This document shows positions 9,181 through 16,782 of a stretch of DNA of 64,000 nt, one piece after another (positions within the stretch are counted from its first letter, which is position 1; every line of letters begins with the position of its first letter). The position numbers and the translations under genes are program-made. The notes under the pieces are model-generated. The model did not search any database and was not told the origin of the DNA. It saw only the letters and a list, made by a program, of their open reading frames with translations. This DNA is from Candidatus Dojkabacteria bacterium (GTDB taxonomy: Bacteria > Patescibacteriota > Dojkabacteria > J137), in contig JAMQHH010000005.1 of the NCBI GenBank assembly GCA_025993875.1, positions 8,183-72,182 on the forward strand, written 5' to 3'.

Positions 9181-10212
9181 ATGAAGTATATTGCATTTGT
9201 AACAAAAGGTATAGAAGCTATTTGTGCTAAAGAACTTTCTTTGATTGAAGGGCTTACTGTTATATCTATACAGTCTAAACAGTCTAAATATGTAAGGTTT
9301 GAATATACTGATAATCCCTTAAATCTAAGCCAACTTAAAACTATTGATGATGTAGCCTTACTACTTGGTGATTTTTCATTGCAGGATATAATGGATTTAA
9401 AAATTGAGCTAAATGTTGTTCAACAGGATTTCATCCCCTTTATTTCCAAATTTAGAAGCATTTCAAATAATTTCTCGGTTACTTTAAGCAATTACAAATC
9501 CAATATTAACAAAGAAGAATTAAAACTTAGTTTACAGAAATACTTTTCTAACAGATTGAATTTATCTTATTCTGAATTGGACCATTCAAACTTAGACTTT
9601 AGAATAAACATAGAAGAAGACACTGCTTTCATTTCTTTAAAACTTTTCCCCGAAAGTCTTTATAAAAGAAGCTATAACCACACAACTACTTTAGGCAGTA
9701 TACGTTCAACTATTGCTTCAGCAATCATCTTAGAAATACTTAATAAATTAAATAAAAAGCCCAATTGTTTAAGTTTAGTTGATAACTTCTGTGGAAGTGG
9801 TACTTTTCTTTGCGAAGCTAGTTTAATGGGATTTAACGTATTTGGAGGTGATATAAAACCATCTAGTGTTACACTAACTAAGAAAAACTTAGTGAAAGCT
9901 GGTTTAAAGAATGTAGAAATTAAATTGCAAAATGCAGAACAAACAAAGTGGCAAAATAATTATTTTGATATTGCTGTTAGCAATTTCCCTTGGAACAAAC
10001 AAATTAGTGAAAGTAATTTATCAAAACTTTATGATAAATCTATTAAAGAATATGCTCGAATACTCAAAAAAGATAGTTCCTTTGGATTTATAGGAATGAA
10101 ACCTGATTTAATAAAGAAGTATATTAAAATCTACTTCCCAAATTATGAAGTTGAGGAATTTAAAATTGGATATTTAGGTCAGAATCCGACGATTTTAATT
10201 TGTTATTTATAA
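9181..10212 (+). CDS. THUMP-domain class I SAM-dependent RNA (m2G-type) methyltransferase, Trm14/RlmL-like
   Basis: PESLYKRSYNHTTTLGSIRSTIASAIILEIL...LVDNFCGSGTFLCEA matches the 'RGYR...DPFCGSGT' block of THUMP methylases. Motif IV reads NFPW instead of the canonical NPPY/F. Confidence 0.7.
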   Translation: MKYIAFVTKGIEAICAKELSLIEGLTVISIQSKQSKYVRFEYTDNPLNLSQLKTIDDVALLLGDFSLQDIMDLKIELNVVQQDFIPFISKFRSISNNFSVTLSNYKSNINKEELKLSLQKYFSNRLNLSYSELDHSNLDFRINIEEDTAFISLKLFPESLYKRSYNHTTTLGSIRSTIASAIILEILNKLNKKPNCLSLVDNFCGSGTFLCEASLMGFNVFGGDIKPSSVTLTKKNLVKAGLKNVEIKLQNAEQTKWQNNYFDIAVSNFPWNKQISESNLSKLYDKSIKEYARILKKDSSFGFIGMKPDLIKKYIKIYFPNYEVEEFKIGYLGQNPTILICYL

Positions 10213-10233
10213 TTGTAGAAATACAAAATTGTG

Positions 10234-10674
10234 TTATTTAGACGATTCTAACGCTCTGTACTTTGAATCATCAAAGTCTTTATATTTGAGCTTAAGTACT
10301 TTATCTACAATTAAATACAAATCATCTAGATACTTTTGCTTCTTGATTGCCAAAGCAGTTAAAAATAAAAGTTTTTCTAAAGAAATTATTTTATAGTCCT
10401 TCATTTCTATTGCACCATCTGAAAGGTAATCATAGTCAAATTGACAAATTGTTTTCCAAATCTCAAATTCATAAACTACAATTCCAAAATCTCCCCACAA
10501 ATCTTTTAGATTACTTGGATACATTTTAGATAAGGCTTCGTAATCTTCAGTCGAAACTATTAAGTCAGTGTCCTCACCAGATTTTCTAATTTCATAATAT
10601 TCTTTTGCTTTGCCTCCTACTAGTAAAGGCTTATTTTTGAAGCTGTAGTTTAGTTTTGATAAGTCAATATTCAT
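10234..10674 (-). CDS. Putative minimal nucleotidyltransferase (MNT/pol-beta fold)-like protein
   Basis: N-terminal LLVGGKAKEYYEIRKSGEDTDLIV fits the hG[GS]xA[KR]...[ST]DxDLxV NTase signature; 146 aa. Last gene of a three-gene minus-strand cluster. Confidence 0.35.
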   Translation of the reverse strand: MNIDLSKLNYSFKNKPLLVGGKAKEYYEIRKSGEDTDLIVSTEDYEALSKMYPSNLKDLWGDFGIVVYEFEIWKTICQFDYDYLSDGAIEMKDYKIISLEKLLFLTALAIKKQKYLDDLYLIVDKVLKLKYKDFDDSKYRALESSK

Positions 10675-10677
10675 AGA

Positions 10678-11157
10678 TTAGTTATTTAATATTTCAACTT
10701 TAAAATCTTTTATATCTTTAGACTTTAATGCATCCCTAAGCTTTTGTACTATCTTAAATACAAGTTCTTTGGGAGCAAGATTTTCATCGTTAAGAAACCG
10801 TATTGTTCCTTTGCCAATAAAACCTTCGTCCGTAAAAGTGTGTCCTTCAAAAACTCTTTCTGATAAATATCTAGGTTGTAAATGTATATGAATCCTTTTA
10901 ACGTTATTCCCTTGCTGACAGTAGTTAAACCAGTCAGGATTGAAACACTCTTTTAGTAAATCCTCAGCAATTTGTCCAATTTTCTTAAAGTCTAACATCT
11001 CCTTGTCAGTTAGATGTACCATTGAACCTTCAAATGCTCTTGGAGGAAATATTATTAGCCAACCTAAGACATGTTGGTTTCCTCCAACTCCTAATGTCCA
11101 GTCATCAAATTTAGCAATATGAAGTTTTGACCATTCTTCTTTAGGTATTATCGACAT
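10678..11157 (-). CDS. HIT (histidine triad) family nucleotide hydrolase/transferase, FHIT/Hint-like
   Basis: NQHVLGWLIIFPPRAFEGSMVHLTDKEM...GNNVKRIHIHLQPRY parallels FHIT GHVLVCPLRPVERFHDL...GQTVKHVHVHVLPRK. The triad is reduced to R-x-H-x-H. Confidence 0.65.
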   Translation of the reverse strand: MSIIPKEEWSKLHIAKFDDWTLGVGGNQHVLGWLIIFPPRAFEGSMVHLTDKEMLDFKKIGQIAEDLLKECFNPDWFNYCQQGNNVKRIHIHLQPRYLSERVFEGHTFTDEGFIGKGTIRFLNDENLAPKELVFKIVQKLRDALKSKDIKDFKVEILNN

Positions 11158-11164
11158 AAATTTT

Positions 11165-11590
11165 CTACTCTAAAAGTTTAAAAAGTTTCTTAATAAATTC
11201 AGATACATCCGAGCTGCTTCGATATATTTCTTTGGCTTTAGCAATGAAATCTTGATGGTCTGGATAACCACTATCTCCTTCAGTGCCTAAAATTTGAGTA
11301 AATTCTTGAGAAGAAAGTACAACACTGTTGAATACTTCTGCAACATCCCACCATAAACCATTATTAGTATCTAAATTTTTTGTTATTTCGGGAAATTTGT
11401 CTGCAGAATATCCATAAAATATAAAGTGCATTAGTTCGTGGCTTGTTACTCTTATGCTCGAATCACATTGATAAAATATTTGGAAAGTTTTATCTTCTAA
11501 AAACCTGGGATTGCAGTTAAAAGAAGATATGTAACCTATATACTTACCTTCAGGAAATTTACAGCAATTAAAGAGTATTACGAAGGATTT
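11165..11590 (-). pseudogene. ImmA/IrrE-like HExxH metallopeptidase, 5'-truncated
   Basis: The annotated ORF starts MHFIF. The frame stays open upstream (...IFYQCDSSIRVTSHELMHFIFY...) to a stop at ~11591-11593, giving HELMH plus a downstream E..A..F..L segment typical of DUF955/ImmA peptidases. The extension has no ATG and abuts the recombinase remnant. Confidence 0.5.
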
Positions 11591-11867
11591 TTATGAAGCA
11601 AAGTGGAAAGAATACAACGCAAGACAAAGTGAAATTACTGACCAATTATCTAAGCTAACCAAATCGGATGAATCTTATTATATTACGATGGGTTATGTCT
11701 TTCAGCTTGCTCATAGTGCTTATGATTTATTTTTGTGTTCTGAAATGGAAGAAAGAAGGCAAATTATCAATTTAGTATTTCAGAACGTCAAGATGAATGG
11801 TGAAAAACTAGAATACACAATGGATGAGGCCTTTGAATTACTACGAAATTTAGACGATTGTACTATA
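11556..11867 (+). pseudogene. Serine recombinase C-terminal remnant fused to the tRNA-His 3' end (att junction)
   Basis: Translation DFYEAKWKEYNARQSEITDQLSKLTKSDESYYITMGYVFQLAHSAYDLFLCSEMEERRQIINLVFQNVKMNGEKLEYTMDEAFELL aligns with residues ~400-500 of the 1746..3323 recombinase (QYNKFRENWTKQKEEYEGKLARISKADKEYYITASYLLELASRSYELFLGSEPEQKRQIITLTLQNL...). There is no N-terminal catalytic domain, and the frame runs directly into the tRNA. Confidence 0.7.
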
Positions 11868-11944
11868 TGGGGTGGTTGGCGGGGCTCGAACCCGCGACAA
11901 CCGCTTCCACAGAGCGGCGCTCTACCAACTGAGCTACAACCACC
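11868..11944 (-). tRNA. tRNA-His (anticodon GTG), with G-1 and genomically encoded CCA
   Basis: Hand-folded cloverleaf on the minus strand: G-1, acceptor GTGGTTG/CAACCAC, D-stem GCTC/GAGC, anticodon stem CCGCT/AGCGG with loop CTGTGGA, T-arm GCGGG-TTCGAGC-CCCGC, discriminator C, then CCA. Confidence 0.85.
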
Positions 11945-12042
11945 AACACAATATCAACGTCTTGTAACAATTCTACCTAATCATTAAATTTATGTTAAAT
12001 TATAGCATTAACAGCAGCTCGTAGGCATGTTAGTATACAAAA

Positions 12043-12615
12043 GTGGACAATATTCTAAAATTAAAATATATCTACGCATCTTCTTTTATATTTTGGCTGG
12101 CATCAAATCTTGTAAGCCCGTTTTTGGTTTTATTTGCTCTTACATATATAAATGGAATCAGCGCGCTCGAAATCGGCATTGCGTCTATGTGCTTTTTTCT
12201 ATCGTTCGGTGTAAGTGTAATTTTATTTGCTACAATTGCCGATAAAATTAAAGGTGTTAAAGACGATTTCCTTATTATTTTTTGCGGTTTTATATTTAGG
12301 GGTGTTATTTTTATCTTTATCAGTGTAGTAAATAGTATATGGGGGTTTTATGTTATTCACATACTTTTAGGTCTGAGTCGAGGTCTTACGGATTCTTCGC
12401 AGGAAAAAATTATTTCTAAAATATCATCTGAGGATTTTTTGGGAAGAACATTTGGCTTAAAAATAGGACTTGTAAATATAGCTGCAGCTGCCGGCGCAGC
12501 TTTGGGTGGTATCTTTATTGATCAATATGGCTTTAATTATGTGTTTATTGCTGTCGGCATTTTAACAATAATTGCCGGATTTCTTTTTTACTATAATCGA
12601 AAGGTTATAATATAA
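12043..12615 (+). CDS. Six-TM MFS-like membrane protein (possibly a truncated half of an MFS transporter)
   Basis: Six hydrophobic helices. The TM2-TM3 loop ADKIKGVKDD resembles the MFS D-R-x-G-R-[KR] loop. At 190 aa it is about half the length of a typical 12-TM MFS transporter. Confidence 0.45.
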   Translation: MDNILKLKYIYASSFIFWLASNLVSPFLVLFALTYINGISALEIGIASMCFFLSFGVSVILFATIADKIKGVKDDFLIIFCGFIFRGVIFIFISVVNSIWGFYVIHILLGLSRGLTDSSQEKIISKISSEDFLGRTFGLKIGLVNIAAAAGAALGGIFIDQYGFNYVFIAVGILTIIAGFLFYYNRKVII

Positions 12616-12623
12616 ATAATTTT

Positions 12624-13049
12624 TTAATTGCGGCTTTTTCCGCTAAACTTAATAATTGATACCAGCAGCCCAAAACTCGAAATTATTGGGGGAACGATTA
12701 TTAAAAATCTAAAGATTTTATCCCATGTTTCTTTATTACCAAAAACCTCGGTGCTAAAGGGAAACACAACCCAAAATATGTACGCCAACACAATAAAAAA
12801 TATGTTTTCTATTACGTCGGTAAATAACTTATAGACTTCGGTTTTTATAAAATATCTAAGAAAATTAAGTAAAATGCCAATAACCAGTACAGCATTGTAA
12901 AAAGGCTTTATACTGTCAAAATTATCCGATAAAAACGTAATTTTATAGTACAAAAGATTAAAAAGTATTAAAAATCCCGTAAAGAAGAATAATCCTATGG
13001 TATTTTCGATTAAATCTCCTACTCTATTCTTTTTCATACTAAAAACCAT
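12624..13049 (-). CDS. Small polytopic membrane protein, unknown function
   Basis: 141 aa with four hydrophobic segments. Overlaps the start of the pseudouridine synthase gene by ~10 nt. Confidence 0.4.
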   Translation of the reverse strand: MVFSMKKNRVGDLIENTIGLFFFTGFLILFNLLYYKITFLSDNFDSIKPFYNAVLVIGILLNFLRYFIKTEVYKLFTDVIENIFFIVLAYIFWVVFPFSTEVFGNKETWDKIFRFLIIVPPIISSFGLLVSIIKFSGKSRN

Positions 13050-13971
13050 TAATTAAATTATTGAATAACTCCGTAAATTCGACTGGAAGGTTAGCTTTTA
13101 TCTCTCTTATACTCCTATCCAAATTATTTACTCTTAGTTTATGAGAATGAAGCATAAGCCGGCTGTACTCTTTCCCGCCGTATAAAGTATCTCCAAGTAT
13201 GGGAAACCCTAATTCAGAAAGATGGACTCTAATTTGGTGAGTTCTCCCCGTCTTAGGAACAATTTTTACGGCAGATAAGCCATTTTCCAGTCTCCCCAAA
13301 TATTTAATTTCGGTTTCGGCTGGCTCAGAATTAAACACATTGGTGCTTTTGTACCTTAAATTGTTTGGAGATTTTGTTAAATTCGATCTTATTGTAAGCT
13401 GCGTAGAATTTTTAAACTTTTCTCCAATATCTCCTGCAACGATTGCAATATACTCTTTGTATATATTTCTTTTCTTAAACTGTACCGAAAAGTAGTTATG
13501 AGAATCGATATTTTTTGAAAACAAAACTATTCCGGAGGTGCCTTTATCCAGCCTATTTATTGCTCTTGGCTTACAAAATGGAGTTTTTGAATTATTAATA
13601 ACATAGTAGATAACTCCATTTAAAAGAGATTCGTTTTTGTGCTTATACGATGGATGTGTAACTATCCCCGAAGGTTTATTGATTGCCAAAAGATTATTAT
13701 CTTCAAACAATATATTGAGTTCCATTTTTACCGGTGTAATTATTGCCGACTCCTTCTCGGCAAGTATCTCTCGCATTCTCACCTCATCGATGGTTATTTC
13801 GTCGTTATTTTTTAGCTTATAGTTTGGTTTTTTAACTATATTTCCGTTTACTTTAACTGCTCCGTTTAGTACAAGCCTTTTGGAGGTACCTCTTTTAAGT
13901 TCTAAAATAAAAGAAAGTAATCCTAAATCCAGCCTGGTGTTTTTTAAATTTTCGGTGAAAATGTAGCTCAT
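13039..13971 (-). CDS. RluA-family pseudouridine synthase with N-terminal S4 domain (RluD-like)
   Basis: S4-like N-terminus (LVLNGAVKVNGNIVKKPNYKLKNNDEITID) and catalytic motif HRLDKGTSGIVLF (HRLDxxTSG); 310 aa. Confidence 0.85.
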   Translation of the reverse strand: MSYIFTENLKNTRLDLGLLSFILELKRGTSKRLVLNGAVKVNGNIVKKPNYKLKNNDEITIDEVRMREILAEKESAIITPVKMELNILFEDNNLLAINKPSGIVTHPSYKHKNESLLNGVIYYVINNSKTPFCKPRAINRLDKGTSGIVLFSKNIDSHNYFSVQFKKRNIYKEYIAIVAGDIGEKFKNSTQLTIRSNLTKSPNNLRYKSTNVFNSEPAETEIKYLGRLENGLSAVKIVPKTGRTHQIRVHLSELGFPILGDTLYGGKEYSRLMLHSHKLRVNNLDRSIREIKANLPVEFTELFNNLINGF

Positions 13972-13985
13972 ATATTACAATATTT

Positions 13986-14057
13986 TGGGTTTGGTGGGAT
14001 TCGAACCCACGACCAATCGCTTAAGAGGCGACTGCTCTACCACTGAGCTACAAACCC
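13986..14057 (-). tRNA. tRNA-Lys (anticodon CTT)
   Basis: Minus-strand cloverleaf: acceptor GGGTTTG/CAAACCC, D-arm GCTC..GAGC, anticodon stem GTCGC/GCGAT with loop CTCTTAA, T-arm GTGGG-TTCGAAT-CCCAC, discriminator A. Confidence 0.8.
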
Positions 14058-14074
14058 CATATTTAGGAAAGAGT

Positions 14075-14147
14075 TACACACGACTGGATTCGAACCAGTG
14101 ACCTACTGCTTAGAAGGCAGTTGCTCTATCCACTGAGCTACGTGTGT
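14075..14147 (-). tRNA. tRNA-Arg (anticodon TCT)
   Basis: Minus-strand cloverleaf: acceptor ACACACG/CGTGTGT, D-arm GCTC..GAGC, anticodon stem ACTGC/GCAGT with loop CTTCTAA, T-arm ACTGG-TTCGAAT-CCAGT, discriminator A. Confidence 0.8.
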
Positions 14148-14187
14148 GAGCTTTGAATTATACCACTACACAAGAATAAATTTAAGG

Positions 14188-14862
14188 TTATTCTACTTCT
14201 ACTCCTGCAAAAATAGCCGTCCCGTCGATGATAAGCTTTGGAAGTGTAGACACACTTTGTGATTTGCTTTTTCCCTCAAACCCGCCAAATATGCCAAGAC
14301 CTGCTACTTTTACCTCGCAATTTTCGGGTGTTATTATTTCGACACCTCCAAATATTGTAGTAATGTTTATTGTTGCCCCGTCATTACTTATTTTGCACTT
14401 GCTTAGATCGAGTTTTCCTCCACCAAAAATAGCTGTTACATTTCCACCTTTAAAATTTTCGGAGGTAATTTTTTTGTCAAATGCCCAAAAGAGTACCGTA
14501 GTATCGGTTCTATCGTCTTTTTCTTCCATTTTTGCCTGGCTAATAAAATTTCTGTTAAATATCATCGATACTCCAATAAATATAAGTATTAGTGGCCATA
14601 AGTCCCATATATTAAATCTTCCTCCTACAAGAACAGATATTTCCATTACAACACCAGCAAATAATATTGTGCCTCCAACAAGTAATTGCTTTGGACTTCT
14701 AATAATTACAACAAGTCCTAAAACTACTAAAATTAGGGGCCAGCTTTTAGAGAAGACTACTCCGAAGTTAACATTAAATAGTTGATCTAATAAAAATCCT
14801 ATTCCCAAGAGAATAATACCCCCCCCAATAACTAACCTGGTAAAAAAATCAGAGTTATTCAT
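14188..14862 (-). CDS. LiaF-like membrane protein (N-terminal TM helices + DUF2154-type beta-helical C-terminal domain)
   Basis: N-terminal hydrophobic helices. C-terminal repetitive TAIFGGGKLDLSKCKI / TTIFGGVEII / GLGIFGGFEG / TAIFAGVEVE strands. Confidence 0.5.
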   Translation of the reverse strand: MNNSDFFTRLVIGGGIILLGIGFLLDQLFNVNFGVVFSKSWPLILVVLGLVVIIRSPKQLLVGGTILFAGVVMEISVLVGGRFNIWDLWPLILIFIGVSMIFNRNFISQAKMEEKDDRTDTTVLFWAFDKKITSENFKGGNVTAIFGGGKLDLSKCKISNDGATINITTIFGGVEIITPENCEVKVAGLGIFGGFEGKSKSQSVSTLPKLIIDGTAIFAGVEVE

Positions 14863-14880
14863 AAAAAAGTGTAATAATAT

Positions 14881-15873
14881 TTAATTTACGGTTAAACTTC
14901 CTGCTGTTTGGTTAATATTTATAATAACTTTTTTTACCGAATCTTTGTTAAAAGTTTTAGTTTCATTGGCTTTTAACACCTCTCCAAAAATTGTTGTGGA
15001 TCCGGCAATTGAACTGTTACTTACTATTAATCCCGTATCGTCGGGGAGTTCTATTTTAACGCTTCCGGCAGTTAAAGAGATATCTAAAAGTAAGGGAAGA
15101 GATTTATTTGAAAATTCTAAATCTGCGCTGCCGGCAACCATATTTAAAGAGAGATTTTCAACTGCTTTTTCTTCAAATTCCAAGGTGGCACTACCTGCCG
15201 TTAAATTAAGTTCCATATTGAGGAGTTTTTCGGTATCCCCGATTTCCATATTGTAATTTAGATTGGCAGATAGTTTTAACAATCCCTGTTGAAAATACTG
15301 CTCAAAATCTACCTTTTGGATATTGTTATTGACAACTTCGGTTATTTTCGGCTCGCCGTAATTGTTGTAAAACGTCGATTCGATTTGCACACCCGCAATA
15401 TCCTCATCATCGGTTATGGCAAGCTCGCCGCTTTTTAAATTTATAGTTACCTCCTGAGAATTGTACTCGGTCTCTTTGGTAATAAATGTGCTATTTGTTT
15501 TTCCCTCCTGGGAAGAGAGATCAAGGTTTATTAACCAGCCGAATTGAGATCTTAGCTCTTTGGTAAAAGGAGTTTCCTGCGAGTAATTAACAATGCCGAT
15601 AAAAATACCTGCAGCAAAAATCAAAAACCATACAAAACTAAAAAACAGATGAGATAAAAAGCTTTTTCCCAATATAATTTGTAAACCTACTAAAATTAAA
15701 AAAACCGGCCAGATTTTTACAAAAAGAAGGGCAAAACCTCCCCAAACCGACCAGCTTACAACACCTGATGTGTTTAGTAAAAATACAATACCTAAAGAAA
15801 TTAAAAAAAGTGCCGAAAATACCCTGCCCGAGGTGTTTTCGAAAGAAAATCGCTTATTTTTGTCTACATCCAT
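14881..15873 (-). CDS. LiaG-like membrane-anchored putative adhesin (DUF4097-type beta-helix)
   Basis: N-terminal TM segments. C-terminal repeated TAGSxxLEF / VAGSADLEF / TAGSVKIELPDD beta-helical rungs. Confidence 0.5.
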   Translation of the reverse strand: MDVDKNKRFSFENTSGRVFSALFLISLGIVFLLNTSGVVSWSVWGGFALLFVKIWPVFLILVGLQIILGKSFLSHLFFSFVWFLIFAAGIFIGIVNYSQETPFTKELRSQFGWLINLDLSSQEGKTNSTFITKETEYNSQEVTINLKSGELAITDDEDIAGVQIESTFYNNYGEPKITEVVNNNIQKVDFEQYFQQGLLKLSANLNYNMEIGDTEKLLNMELNLTAGSATLEFEEKAVENLSLNMVAGSADLEFSNKSLPLLLDISLTAGSVKIELPDDTGLIVSNSSIAGSTTIFGEVLKANETKTFNKDSVKKVIININQTAGSLTVN

Positions 15874-15996
15874 TTTGTGGGGATATTAAAAATTACTGTA
15901 ACATTATCGCCCTAATAGTATTTAAAGTCCAGTTTAAGGTTCGGGGTTTGGAAAACTTATTTTATATTCACCGTTTACGAAAGTAATAATACCTTT

Positions 15997-16212
15997 TTAT
16001 ATATCACTGCCATATGAATTAAGCGAATTACCTTCTGCATTTGGATTGTTAGGATCTACGATTGTACAGCAATATACAGGGGTGTTAGCAGTATTTAAAA
16101 TATAGTTAACTTGAACACTTATTGTACCTATGGAAGAAGATAATGTAATAATTGCTCCGACTTCTATCTTTTCTGGAGTTGGAAAAGCGGGTAGCTCAGT
16201 ATTTTGTGACAT
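15997..16212 (-). CDS. Small hypothetical protein (71 aa)
   Basis: ORF only. Contains a CC pair and PNNPNAEG. No supporting motif. Confidence 0.25.
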   Translation of the reverse strand: MSQNTELPAFPTPEKIEVGAIITLSSSIGTISVQVNYILNTANTPVYCCTIVDPNNPNAEGNSLNSYGSDI

Positions 16213-16516
16213 ATTTGTAAAAATAATATATAAAGAGATTATAGCTTTATAATTGTAGTTTTTTAAAGTGTAAAAAAACCTTCTAATTTTGGATGTTTAT
16301 AATTTTAATTGGCTTTGGCATGAATTATCTCTTTAGCCTTTAAATTTTTTTTGGATTAGGTTAAAATGCTTATGCCTTAAAAGGCTTAATCGAATAGCAA
16401 TTACTGGTCAGAGAAAATTTAAGGTAGATAATTAACAGAAAGAAGTTTTGAAGGAAACCAAGTACTAAAAAAGTTGTAAATGTAGTTAATAAATTATGTT
16501 CAGGTTAAGTAACAAC

Positions 16517-16710
16517 GACCTGCTAGGCCTGTCGACAAGGAAGTAAAAGAGTTTTGTATAATTAGTTGTTGAACTTTAAAGTGTTTTGTTTATTTCAAAA
16601 CATGACCTACTAGTCATGTCGAAAAAGAAGTAAAAGTGTTTTGTATAATTAGTTGTTGAACTTTAAAGTGTTTTGTTTATTTCAAAACATGACCTACTAG
16701 TCATGTTTTG
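16517..16710 (+). repeat. Tandem direct repeat, 87-bp unit x 2.2 copies, immediately upstream of tRNA-Lys(TTT)
   Basis: Copy A is 16517-16603, copy B 16604-16690, and partial copy C 16691-16710 (gacctactagtcatg...). Each unit holds an extended -10-like TGTATAAT, a GTTTTG/CAAAAC hairpin and the inverted repeat CATGAC-N6-GTCATG. Confidence 0.8.
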
Positions 16711-16782
16711 GGGTCGATAGCTCAACGGTAGAGCAGCTGCCTTTTAAGCAGTTGGTTCCGAGTTCGAATCTCGGTCGACTCA
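16711..16782 (+). tRNA. tRNA-Lys (anticodon TTT)
   Basis: Cloverleaf: acceptor GGGTCGA/TCGACTC (one G-U pair), D-arm GCTC..GAGC, anticodon stem GCTGC/GCAGT with loop CTTTTAA, T-arm CCGAG-TTCGAAT-CTCGG, discriminator A. Confidence 0.8.

Noticed and set aside
9027-9230. 67-aa ORF spanning the divergent promoter between 8552-9157(-) and 9181-10212(+)
   Set aside because: It overlaps the start regions of both flanking genes. Hydrophobic low-complexity translation, likely noise.
11688-11987. 99-aa ORF from the six-frame track, considered as a real protein-coding gene
   Set aside because: Its C-terminal third (WGGWRGSNPRQPLPQSGALPTELQPP) is the plus-strand translation of the minus-strand tRNA-His. 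Only the upstream part carries signal, and that is a recombinase pseudogene fragment, not an intact gene.
12027-12245. 72-aa ORF overlapping the start of the MFS-like gene in another frame
   Set aside because: Alternative-frame ORF with Cys/Arg-rich low-complexity translation. The 12043 frame gives coherent TM helices.
16517-16710. CRISPR array
   Set aside because: The units are 87 bp, directly abutting with no unique spacers, and present in only 2.2 copies. No cas genes occur anywhere in the window. No other interspaced short repeats were seen.
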